From positions 596,855 through 660,854 of the forward strand of contig CAWHWI010000001.1 in assembly GCA_963833025.1 (NCBI GenBank): a stretch of 64,000 nucleotides of DNA. The letters are read 5' to 3'. Positions 50,385 to 59,486 of this stretch are shown here, in pieces (the first letter of the stretch is position 1; the number at the start of each line of letters is the position of its first letter). The notes beneath the pieces were generated by a model that worked only from the letters and a program-made list of their open reading frames with translations, searched no databases and had not been told where the DNA came from. The position numbers and the translations under genes are program-made. The stretch comes from an uncultured delta proteobacterium. Lineage in GTDB: Bacteria; Desulfobacterota; Binatia; Binatales; Binataceae.

Positions 50385-51212
50385 GCAATGAACGACGCAC
50401 GACGGGAATTTGCGACGCTTGCGGCGAAGGAGCCGGTGCCATTGGCGCGCGGCGCGCTGCTGATCGCGAAGGAAGAGTATCCCGGCCTCGACATCGAAGA
50501 GTACCTCGACAAGATTGCGACGCTGGCGCGCGAAGCCGAGCCGATCGTGCGCGCGGGCGAGGATACCGTCGAGCGCGTGCAGTTGCTGTCGCATTTTCTG
50601 TTCGAGCTGAAAGGCTTCGAAGGCAACGCCGAGAACTACAACGATCCGCGCAACTCATATCTGAACGACGTGATCACTCGCCGGCTCGGAATTCCGATCT
50701 CACTTTCGGTGGTGTATCTCGAAGTGGGCCGCCGGCTCGGCATCAACCTCTACGGTGTTTCTTTCCCGACGCATTTCCTGGTCAAGGCGGTGGACGAGCG
50801 CGGCGAGTTGATTATCGATCCGTTTGTCGGTGGAAAGATTCTCGCGCTCGACGAGATTCGCGCGCGCCTGACGCAGATTTACGGACAACCGGTGGAGTTG
50901 AATCCCGCGATGCTGAAGCCGCGCGGCGCGCGCCACATTCTGGCGCGGATGCTCCGCAACCTGAAGATCATCTATATGGAGGCGTCGGACTGGACGCGCG
51001 CGCTGGCCGCCTTGGACCGCATCATCATGCTGGAGCCGCGCGCGGTCGACGAGCTGGTGGAGCGCGGCGCCCTGTTCGAGCGGCTGGAATGCTTCAAGGC
51101 CGCGCTCGACGACTATCAGAGTTTTCTTTCGCAGGCCCCCGAGCATCCGGCGGCCGAAGCGGCGCGCGAAGCGGTGATGCGGCTGATTCGGCAGGTTGCC
51201 TTAATAAACTAA
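50385..51212 (+). CDS. SirB1/YchA-like transglutaminase-core plus TPR protein
   Basis: GIPISLSVVYLEVGRRLGINLYGVSFPTHFLVK matches the conserved UPF0162 core; C-terminal TPR-like helices. Confidence 0.65.
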   Translation, partial: AMNDARREFATLAAKEPVPLARGALLIAKEEYPGLDIEEYLDKIATLAREAEPIVRAGEDTVERVQLLSHFLFELKGFEGNAENYNDPRNSYLNDVITRRLGIPISLSVVYLEVGRRLGINLYGVSFPTHFLVKAVDERGELIIDPFVGGKILALDEIRARLTQIYGQPVELNPAMLKPRGARHILARMLRNLKIIYMEASDWTRALAALDRIIMLEPRAVDELVERGALFERLECFKAALDDYQSFLSQAPEHPAAEAAREAVMRLIRQVALIN

Positions 51213-51274
51213 AGTCCCGTTGATAAACTTGACGCCGCGCCGATCGACTTACTACTGACGCGCGACACCTCCAG

Positions 51275-52705
51275 ATGGCCGAAATTCCGAAAGCCCGCGA
51301 TTTCTTCGAGTCCAGCCGCGCCGCCGTCGGCGACCATGAGCTGCGGCGCAAGCTCGAGAGCGCCAGCGCGCGCCATCTCGATCACTTCGCGCAAGTCAAA
51401 GCCGAGTTTCCGGAGTATGACGACGAGCGCGACGCGGCGCATCGAATCAAGACCGACGCGATTGCGCATCTCGACGAATTGCTCATCGAGCTGACGTCGA
51501 AGCTCGAAGCGCGCGGATGCAGGGTCTTCTTCGCCGAGGATGCGGCGCAGGCGCGCGACTATATCGTCGAACTCGCCAAGGCCAAGGGCGCGAAGCGCGT
51601 CGTCAAGGGCAAGTCGATGACGACCGAGGAGATCGATCTCAACGACGCGCTCGCGCACGCGGGAATTGACGCCGTCGAGACCGACCTTGGCGAGTATATC
51701 GTGCAGCTTCGCGGCGAGCGTCCGTCGCATATCATCACGCCCGCGATTCATCTGTCGAAGGAAGACATCGGCCAACTGTTCACCGACAAGTTCGGTATCG
51801 AGTACACTGCGGAGCCCGAAAAACTCACGGCCGAGGCGCGTTCCCGATTGCGCGCGATTTTCCTGGCCGCGGATTTCGGAGTTACCGGCGTCAATTTTGC
51901 GATCGCGGAAACCGGCACGCTGATCGTCGTCGAGAACGAAGGCAACGGGCGCCTGTCGAGCACGATGCCGGAGACGTTCGTGGCCGTGATGGGGATCGAG
52001 AAGGTCATCCCGCGGCTCGAGGACCTGAGCCATTTTTTGGAAATCCTGGCGCGCACTGCGACCGGGCAGAAGCTGACGACCTACACCAGTTTCATCACGG
52101 GGCCCCGCCGCGAGGGCGAGCTCGACGGGCCGGGCGAGATGCACGTCGTGATCCTGGACAACGGACGCAGCGCGATGCTCGCCGATCCGGTGCTGCGCGA
52201 GGCGTTGAATTGCATCCGGTGCGGCGCGTGCCTGAACGTGTGCCCGATTTACCGGCGAATCGGCGGTCACGCGTATCGCTCGGTGTATCCCGGACCGATC
52301 GGATCGATAGTCAGTCCGAATCTTTTCGGCAGCGCCGCGGGATATCTGCCGTTCGCCTCGACCCTGTGCGGTGCGTGCAAGGATATCTGCCCGGTCAAGA
52401 TCGACATCCCGCGAATCCTGCTCCATCTGCGCTGGAAAGAGAGCGTCGGCGGGCATCCGCTCAAATGGCCGCGAGCGATCGAGCGAGCGCGGCGCGGTGC
52501 GCGACGATTCGCGAAGACGGCGCGCTATCCGCGGACGGTCCGAGCGCTTGGAAAATTCGCCGCGATGGTGCTGAAGCCATTCGCGCACAATGGTTATCTG
52601 CGCCGGATGCCGGGGCCGTTCGGCAACTGGACGAAGTATCGCGACTTCCCACGGCCGCGGCCGCATAAGCGGCCCGAGTCCGGCGCGGAGCGTCCTCAAA
52701 GCTGA
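51275..52705 (+). CDS. lutB: Lactate utilization protein B (LUD domain + 4Fe-4S ferredoxin)
   Basis: CIRCGACLNVCP and CGACKDICPVKIDIP cluster motifs plus the N-terminal LUD domain. Confidence 0.85.
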   Translation: MAEIPKARDFFESSRAAVGDHELRRKLESASARHLDHFAQVKAEFPEYDDERDAAHRIKTDAIAHLDELLIELTSKLEARGCRVFFAEDAAQARDYIVELAKAKGAKRVVKGKSMTTEEIDLNDALAHAGIDAVETDLGEYIVQLRGERPSHIITPAIHLSKEDIGQLFTDKFGIEYTAEPEKLTAEARSRLRAIFLAADFGVTGVNFAIAETGTLIVVENEGNGRLSSTMPETFVAVMGIEKVIPRLEDLSHFLEILARTATGQKLTTYTSFITGPRREGELDGPGEMHVVILDNGRSAMLADPVLREALNCIRCGACLNVCPIYRRIGGHAYRSVYPGPIGSIVSPNLFGSAAGYLPFASTLCGACKDICPVKIDIPRILLHLRWKESVGGHPLKWPRAIERARRGARRFAKTARYPRTVRALGKFAAMVLKPFAHNGYLRRMPGPFGNWTKYRDFPRPRPHKRPESGAERPQS

Positions 52706-52707
52706 AC

Positions 52708-53400
52708 GTGGCCGAGCTGCACAAAATAATCGCGAGCGTAAAAGACGCGCTCGGCGCCGGTGCGAAGAACAGCTCGCACGACGCCACCGCGAGCGAGGCG
52801 ATGCCAGTGTCACCGTCGGCGCATCGCGCGGAACTCGCATCGACGTTCGCGCGTGAGCTCGAAGAGGTCGGCGGCAAGTTCCTGGGAATACTCACTCCGG
52901 CCGAAGTGACTAATCGAACAGTTACTCTGGCCGGCGAGATTGGTGCAAAGACAGTCGCGCTTGGACAAGGCATCGCATGCGACATGGACGCAATCGGCGA
53001 GGCGCTCGAACGCGCGGACTTCAGGATTGTCCGCACGATACCGGTGGCAGACACGGAACGCGCCGCGATGCGCGCGCGCGTCGCGGATGCCGACCTCGGA
53101 ATCGCGGAGGCGGACTTCGCGATTGCGTCGACCGGCACGCTGGCGGTCGTTTCGACCGCTCAGCGGCCGAGTTCGCTGACGTTGCTGCCGCCGGCGAGCC
53201 TGGTGATCGTTCAGATCGATCGCGTGATGACAAATCTCGCGGCGGTGCTCGCCCAGTTGACCCCTGGCGGCGTTGCGGCGAATCGATTGACGTTGATCAC
53301 CGGCCCGAGCCGGACCGCGGATATCGAAAAGCGAATCGTGCTTGGCGTGCACGGCCCGAAATCGCTACACGTGATCGTGGTGTGGCCGCAAAATGACTGA
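52708..53400 (+). CDS. lutC: Lactate utilization protein C (LUD domain)
   Basis: 230 aa LUD/DUF162 family; starts 2 nt after lutB. Confidence 0.8.
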   Translation: MAELHKIIASVKDALGAGAKNSSHDATASEAMPVSPSAHRAELASTFARELEEVGGKFLGILTPAEVTNRTVTLAGEIGAKTVALGQGIACDMDAIGEALERADFRIVRTIPVADTERAAMRARVADADLGIAEADFAIASTGTLAVVSTAQRPSSLTLLPPASLVIVQIDRVMTNLAAVLAQLTPGGVAANRLTLITGPSRTADIEKRIVLGVHGPKSLHVIVVWPQND

Positions 53401-54115
53401 AGTCCAATTATTCTCGACCTGCCTCGCCGAGGAATTTTTTCCCGAAGTCAACGACGCCGCCGCGACCGTGCTCGAGCGCCTGCGGCTCAAGGTGACACCG
53501 ATTCGCGGCGCGTTTTGCTGCGGCCAGGTGGCTTTTAATGAAGGCATGCGCGAACAGGCCGTCGATCTCGCGCGGCGATTTCTGAACTCTGTCCAACCCG
53601 GCGTTCCGATCGTCGTGCCGTCGGGCTCATGCACGAGCATGCTGAAAATTTTCTACAGCGACTTGCTCGCCGGTGATCCCGCGCTCGCCGCCAAGGCGAC
53701 GGCGATTCGGCCGTGGGTCTTCGAGCTCTCGCAATTCATCGTCAACGTGCTGAAGGTGAAATATCTGGGCGCGCGCTACGAGCGGCCTGTCGCGTATCAT
53801 CCATCGTGTCATCTGATGCGGGAGCTCGGCGTACGCAACGAACCGATGACGCTGCTGAGTGCGGTGGCGGGAATCAAAATTTGCGAATTGCGCGATCGCG
53901 AAGAGTGCTGCGGCTTCGGCGGGATGTTCTCGGTGAAATTCCCGCACATTTCGGCGTCGATGCTCGACGACAAGATGGCGGGCATCAAGGAGAGCGGCGC
54001 GGAAGTGGTCGTCGCCAACGATTGCGGATGCCTGATGCAGATCGGCGGAGGCTTAAGCCGCGCAGGAGAGAAAATCGAGGTGCGCCATCTGGCGGAAGTG
54101 CTGGCCGCGCGGTAG
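53393..54115 (+). CDS. lutA: Lactate utilization protein A ((Fe-S)-binding CCG-domain protein)
   Basis: Two CCG cysteine-rich motifs (FSTC.., CCGQ, HPSCH, CCGFGG). Confidence 0.85.
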   Translation: MTEVQLFSTCLAEEFFPEVNDAAATVLERLRLKVTPIRGAFCCGQVAFNEGMREQAVDLARRFLNSVQPGVPIVVPSGSCTSMLKIFYSDLLAGDPALAAKATAIRPWVFELSQFIVNVLKVKYLGARYERPVAYHPSCHLMRELGVRNEPMTLLSAVAGIKICELRDREECCGFGGMFSVKFPHISASMLDDKMAGIKESGAEVVVANDCGCLMQIGGGLSRAGEKIEVRHLAEVLAAR

Positions 54116-54126
54116 GTCTGCGCCGG

Positions 54127-55839
54127 TCAGTGGCGTTCGTGGACGTATAGGCCTGGGGCTGGCTCTCCTGCTTTGTATAGGTCGCTGCCGAGAGTCTTAG
54201 GCGCGGGGCGTTCGTTGCCTGAGCGGGCGGCTACCCACTTTACCCAGTGGTCCCACCAGGTGCCTTTGTTCTCGACCGCGGCTTTGGCCCATTCGTCGGG
54301 ATCTTCGGGGAGGCGCGCGCCGACATAGTAGCGGGCTTTGAAGTTGCCGGGCGGATTGACGAGGCTCTGGATGTGGCCGCTCGAGCCGAGCACGAATTCG
54401 ACTCGTCCGCCAAACATCCGGGTCGCGCGATAGCATGCGCGCCATGCGCAGATGTGGTCGGTCATACCGGCGACCAGGTAAATGTCGTTCTTGACCGCGT
54501 GCAAATCGATCGGCGTGCCCAGCACCGAGACCTCGCCGCCGCCGTTGGCCAGCGGATTTCTCAGGAACAGATCGAGAAAGCCCGCGTGCAGCTTGGCCGG
54601 AAGATTGGTCGCGTCGGCGTTCCAGTAGAGGATGTCGAACGGCGCGGGATCGTTGCCGAGCAGGTAGTTGTTGACCCAATAGTTCCACACCAGATCGTTC
54701 GGACGCAGCCACGCGAACACGCGCGCCATGTCGCCGCCGTCGAGCACGCCTTTTTCCGCCGAGCGATCGCGCGCGGCCTTGATCGCATCCTCAGTCGCGA
54801 ACATCCCGGTCATCGAGGGCAGGCTCGTGTCGAGCATCGTCACCAGCAGCGTCACCGCGTTGACGCGCTTGTCGCCCGACGCCGCGAGATGCCCGAGCAT
54901 GAGCGACGTCGTGATGCCGCCGGCGCATACGCCGAGCACATTGCAATCGGGACTGCCGGTGATCTCGCAGGCGGCGGCAATCGCGTCTTTGCACGCGGTC
55001 ACGTATTCGTCGAGTCCCCAGTTGCGATCGCGCGGCGTCGGGTTGCGCCAGCTAATCGTGAACATCGGCAGGCCGTGCTTGACCGCGTACTCGACGAAGC
55101 TGCGCCCCGGCGCGAGATCCATGATGTAGAACTTGTTGATTTGCGGCGGGATGAACACGAGTGGGCGCTCGTAGACCTTGTCGGTCGCGGGCGCGTACTG
55201 GATCACCTCGCAAACCGGGCTGCGGAACACCACCGCGCCTTTTGACAGCGCGAGATTTCTGCCGACTTCGAACGGCCGCTTGTCGACCGTCTCTGGCATC
55301 CCGCCGTTGTTCCACAGGTCGCCGAGGAAGTTGCGCAGCCCCCACATCACGCTCATCCCCGCCGTGTCGAAGGCGCGCTTGAGCGCGGCGGGATTGAGCC
55401 AGAACGCGTTGGTGGGCGCGAGCGCCTCGGTCATCAGCGTAACCGCGAACTTCTGCTGCTCGACACTCTTCCACTCGATGCTCTCGTCCTCGTTGACGAG
55501 ATCGTGCATCGCGGTGCGCCACGCCAGGTACGCCTGCATCATGCGATGGTAGAGCGGATGCTGCGTCCAGGCGGGATCGCCGAAACGCTTGTCGCCGGCT
55601 TCTGGAGCCACCGACGATACGCCCGCCACGATCTGCCCCAGCTCGAGCGACAGTTGAAATGCGCGCGAGGCGACGGTGGCGGGCTGCGACGCGATATGCG
55701 TCAGCAGGGTCGTCAGCGTTCCGACAACCTGGGTGGTATCGAGGCCGACGAACGGATTGGCGCCGAGGAGCGCGTTGAGCGCGGGATGGTTTTCCTCGGG
55801 GGTCAGAATTTCAGGCTGCCGCTTGGCTGCACTGTCCAT
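54127..55839 (-). CDS. phaC: Class I poly(R)-hydroxyalkanoate synthase
   Basis: 570 aa alpha/beta hydrolase with lipase-box-like GVCAGG and a PhaC N-terminal domain. Confidence 0.85.
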   Translation of the reverse strand: MDSAAKRQPEILTPEENHPALNALLGANPFVGLDTTQVVGTLTTLLTHIASQPATVASRAFQLSLELGQIVAGVSSVAPEAGDKRFGDPAWTQHPLYHRMMQAYLAWRTAMHDLVNEDESIEWKSVEQQKFAVTLMTEALAPTNAFWLNPAALKRAFDTAGMSVMWGLRNFLGDLWNNGGMPETVDKRPFEVGRNLALSKGAVVFRSPVCEVIQYAPATDKVYERPLVFIPPQINKFYIMDLAPGRSFVEYAVKHGLPMFTISWRNPTPRDRNWGLDEYVTACKDAIAAACEITGSPDCNVLGVCAGGITTSLMLGHLAASGDKRVNAVTLLVTMLDTSLPSMTGMFATEDAIKAARDRSAEKGVLDGGDMARVFAWLRPNDLVWNYWVNNYLLGNDPAPFDILYWNADATNLPAKLHAGFLDLFLRNPLANGGGEVSVLGTPIDLHAVKNDIYLVAGMTDHICAWRACYRATRMFGGRVEFVLGSSGHIQSLVNPPGNFKARYYVGARLPEDPDEWAKAAVENKGTWWDHWVKWVAARSGNERPAPKTLGSDLYKAGEPAPGLYVHERH

Positions 55840-55917
55840 TTCGCCACCTCCTGGTGCCGATCACGAATGGCAGAACGCGATTCCAGCACAAAGCGGTGCG
55901 GACGCCAAACGAAGAGT

Positions 55918-56947
55918 TCAGGATGACACAAGTTCCAAGCCGTGCTCGAACATTCGCGGCGCCGACAGCGCCGTGTCTTCCCATAATGGATCGTGGCGCT
56001 TGCCGCGCCTGTGCAGCATCAGGTTGAAGCAGGTGATCACGCCGAAACGGTAGCCCGCGAATGCGCGAAACCATCGCACTTCGGGAATCGAAACCGGAAA
56101 GCCGGCCGCTTCAGCGTACGTATCGACGATCTCGTCGGCGTTGAGCAGCGAGCCGCGGCCGGGATCCACCCCCGCGCCGGTGGCGACGACCCAGCTTCCG
56201 GGGTCTGAAAAAAAGCAAATCCAGCCGAGGTCGAGCAGCGTCGCGCCGACCAGCGAGATTTCCCAATCGATCAGCGCGACGACGCGTTCCTCGTTGAACA
56301 GCACGTTCGACCATTGGAAGTCGCCGTGGACGCATCCGATGCGAGCGCCGGTGGGCAGGCTTGAGCGCAGGCGCTCGCGAAGTTCGGGCGCGCGCGCGAC
56401 GACGGCGGGATCGAGCGTCGGACGATCGAGTAGGTAGTCGAGGCGCTTGAGCTCCTCGCTGAGTGCGAACGGCTCGCCCCACGCCTCGCGTCGCGGCTCC
56501 CAGGGAACGTTGTGCAGCGCGGCCATCGTCGCGATCCCCGCTGCGCGCCAGACGTTTCAGGTGCGCGTGAGGTAGGGGAGATTCGCTGAGCTTGAATCCC
56601 TCGACAAACCCGGCGACGAGATATGGCCGATCGAAGAACTCAGGCTCGTCGCCGTACCAGATGATCGGCGGCACCGCGACCGGCGTGCCGGCCAGCGACG
56701 CCATCACACGCGCCTGCCGCACGATGTCGGCGGGGCCCGAGATTTTGACGCCGGGCGGCGCGATGCGCACGACATATTTTCCCGCGGGCGTCACGTTCGG
56801 ATCGCTGCGCTCGAGGATGAAGCTGTAGCTGAAGCCGGCGTGGCCCGGCAGCGATTCGAGTGAATGCGCTCGCGCGCCGGAGTCACCGGTCTTCGCACGC
56901 ACCAATGCGGTCAGCTGCGCGGTTACCTGTTCGAAATTTCCCGGCAT
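55918..56947 (-). pseudogene. Aminoglycoside/choline-kinase-type phosphotransferase (APH family) disrupted by a frameshift at a G4 run
   Basis: N-terminal half in ORF 56111-56947, C-terminal half (HGDFQWSNVLF, IDWE motifs) in ORF 55918-56526; the frames join if GGGG at ~56536 is read as GGG. Confidence 0.6.
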
Positions 56948-56966
56948 GGCAGACGAGCTGGCGCTG

Positions 56967-57617
56967 CTAACCCTTCATCCCGGTTTTCGCCGACGCGGGA
57001 TGCAGGCTCGACTTGGCGCTGGGTCGCGAATCGACGCGCTTGAACCACCCGTTCACGTTCTTCAGCGACGGGTCGAGCGGCTGCCTGACGCTGCCGCCGA
57101 AGTCGAGCGCGCAATACAAAATGATGTCGGCGACAGTGAAGCGATCGCCCGCGATGTACTGCTTGCCCTCGAGCAGCTTGTCGAGCCACTTGAGCTTGTC
57201 CTGGACGATTGCCTTCAAGCCGGCCGCCGCCTCGGGCAGGATGCGCATCCGATCCTTGAACATCTGCGCGCCCTCGGAATAGCGGAAGCCATTGTAGAGA
57301 TGCTCTGTTATGAGCAGCTCGACGCGGCGCTGCCACTGGCGGGCCTCGGCGCGTTCCTCGGCGGTCGTGCCGATCAGCGCAGGCGTCGGATGCTTCTCCT
57401 CAAGGTATTCCCAAATCGCGACGGTCTCGCCGATACACTTGCCGTTGTCGAGCTCGAGCGCCGGCACTTGTCCGCCGGGATTGCGGTCGGTGTAGGGCGG
57501 CTTGCGATTTTCCGCCGTCATCATGTCGACGTTCTTGCTGGGAATCGTAATTCCCTTCTCGGCCAGGAACATTCGCATCGCGCGCGGGTTGGGTCCAAAA
57601 GCATCGTAGAGCTGCAT
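56967..57617 (-). CDS. Glutathione S-transferase
   Basis: Thioredoxin-like N-terminal domain (MQLYDAFGPNPRAMRMFLAEKGI) and alpha-helical C-terminal domain; start at the internal Met. Confidence 0.8.
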   Translation of the reverse strand: MQLYDAFGPNPRAMRMFLAEKGITIPSKNVDMMTAENRKPPYTDRNPGGQVPALELDNGKCIGETVAIWEYLEEKHPTPALIGTTAEERAEARQWQRRVELLITEHLYNGFRYSEGAQMFKDRMRILPEAAAGLKAIVQDKLKWLDKLLEGKQYIAGDRFTVADIILYCALDFGGSVRQPLDPSLKNVNGWFKRVDSRPSAKSSLHPASAKTGMKG

Positions 57618-57733
57618 AGTCAGTAGCCTCGCGAAAATAGACTTTTGCGGGACTATACAACGGACGCTCGAAGGCGGGAACCCGAATTCGGGGCATGTTG
57701 CGCTGCGATCAGGCCGCATGTAGGAATTTGCTG

Positions 57734-59125
57734 ATGCGATTTTGTCCGCAATGTGGCGCGCCGCTGATGGCCGGAGCGAAGTTCTGCGTGGACTGCGGCT
57801 GCGCGCTGGCCACTCCAGCGTCGGGCGCAGGCGAGGCGGGCGGCTTCAGGGGCGGCGCGAACATCGGACGTAACAAGATTACGACGGCGTTCGTGTTCGT
57901 GTTCGCCGCGATCACCGTGGTGGGTCTGGGGGCCGCCGCGTGGATAATGATGCGGACGCCCGACGTGGTGCGCGAGCAACTCGCCGTCGCACCGCCGGTC
58001 GCAATCGCTCCCAGCGCCGCTCCCGCGTCGAATCCAGCCAATGCCGCGCCGCCCGCGGCTGCGCCGGACCAGAACGCCGCGGCGGAGGGAAGTCAGAACG
58101 GCGGCTTGCCGCCGGGACATCCCACCGTCGAGCTCCCGACAGAGGCTCGCACGTTTATCGACAAGATCGAAAAAGAAGCTCTCGCAAAGCCCCGCGACGC
58201 CGGCGCCTGGGACAAGCTGGGCACGGTTTCGATGCGCGCCGCGATGTTCGATCAAACCTACTACGCCAAGGCCGAGGACGCGTACGGCCACGTGCTCAAG
58301 TTGGAGCCTGACAACCTCGAAGCGCTCCGTGGCATCGGCGATATCGACTACGACAAGCAGCATTACGACGAAGCGGTGGCGGCATACGAGCACTATCTGA
58401 AGAAGAAACCGGACGATCCGGAAGTTCGCACCGACCTCGGCACGATGTATCTCTACACGGGCAACGCCGATCAGGCGGTGGTGCAGTACAAGAAGGCGAT
58501 CGCCGCCAAGCCCGGATTTTTCCAGGCGTACTACAACATGGGAATCGCGTACGCGCAGGAAAATAAACCCGATGACGCGGACGCGACCCTCAAGCAGGCG
58601 ATGGCGCTAGCGCCTGACGATAATGCGCGGGACAGGGTGAAGGAGCTGATCGCAAAACTCAGCGGTGCGCCCACTCCGACCGCGTCGATACAGGCAGCGT
58701 CCGCAGCGACTCCCGCCGGATTGGCAGCCGCGAAGAGTTCAGGGGCGGCGGCGAAGAGTCCAGCTGCGGCGGCGGGCTCTCCCGCAGCGTCAGCGGCGCT
58801 CGCCGCGCAGGCATCCGGATCGCCGGCAGCCTCGCCAACGGCTGGAGCACAGGATTTTCACGGCGCTATCGAGCAGATGGTGCGTGGGCTGCCGATCGCA
58901 GGACCAAAGGTCGGCTCCGTCGAGTGGCCAGACAAGCTCAAGGCGCGGGTCTTGATGGACAACTTTCCGATGGATGAAATGCCGCCGTTTGCAAAAACCA
59001 AGTTCCTGACCGACTTGAAGGCCGGAATCGACAGCGCCAAGAAAGACAACAACATTTCATCGCCGGTCGAGCTCAATATCGTTGACGGCGCAAGCGGCCG
59101 CGTGATGGAAACCATTACTCAGTAG
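57734..59125 (+). CDS. Zinc-ribbon / single-TM / TPR-repeat protein
   Basis: MRFCPQCGAPL..CVDCGC zinc ribbon, one TM helix, Ala/Pro-rich spacer, 4-5 TPR repeats; ends ..GRVMETITQ*. Confidence 0.65.
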   Translation: MRFCPQCGAPLMAGAKFCVDCGCALATPASGAGEAGGFRGGANIGRNKITTAFVFVFAAITVVGLGAAAWIMMRTPDVVREQLAVAPPVAIAPSAAPASNPANAAPPAAAPDQNAAAEGSQNGGLPPGHPTVELPTEARTFIDKIEKEALAKPRDAGAWDKLGTVSMRAAMFDQTYYAKAEDAYGHVLKLEPDNLEALRGIGDIDYDKQHYDEAVAAYEHYLKKKPDDPEVRTDLGTMYLYTGNADQAVVQYKKAIAAKPGFFQAYYNMGIAYAQENKPDDADATLKQAMALAPDDNARDRVKELIAKLSGAPTPTASIQAASAATPAGLAAAKSSGAAAKSPAAAAGSPAASAALAAQASGSPAASPTAGAQDFHGAIEQMVRGLPIAGPKVGSVEWPDKLKARVLMDNFPMDEMPPFAKTKFLTDLKAGIDSAKKDNNISSPVELNIVDGASGRVMETITQ

Positions 59126-59126
59126 C
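59097..59126 (+). repeat. 30-bp direct repeat, copy 1 (3' end and stop codon of the TPR gene)
   Basis: gccgcgtgatggaaaccattactcagtagc; 28/30 identical to 62754-62783. Confidence 0.6.
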
Positions 59127-59224
59127 CAGCCGCGCCATCCGACCGCCGCAACGCTCAATCGTCGATAGCGGTCGATCGTCGCATTCAAGCGATAAAGCTG
59201 GCCCGGCCAAAATAATGGTCAAGC

Positions 59225-59271
59225 GCGGGACTCGAACCCGCATGGAGGTTGCCCTCGCGAGAATTTTAAGT
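59225..59271 (-). repeat. Partial copy of tRNA-Leu(UAA), anticodon loop through T-stem only (attL-like tRNA fragment)
   Basis: 43/47 identical to the corresponding part of the full tRNA at 62466-62551; no matching 5' acceptor/D-arm upstream. Confidence 0.6.
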
Positions 59272-59486
59272 GCGCTTCAGATGATCTAGAATCGCTGATT
59301 AGCCGAGTCGGGCTACATAGGGAGTCCGTTAGGTTACTTGGAGAAGAAATTTTGAGAAATTCACGCTTCGATGAAAACTTTGCTTGTAATAAACCATCTA
59401 AGTGTGATTAAACGACGGGTGGCAATCGGCGGCTCGTAGTGAAGGCACCGTTCTGACCGCTGCCAAGTGGGGAGGGACTGTGCCGT

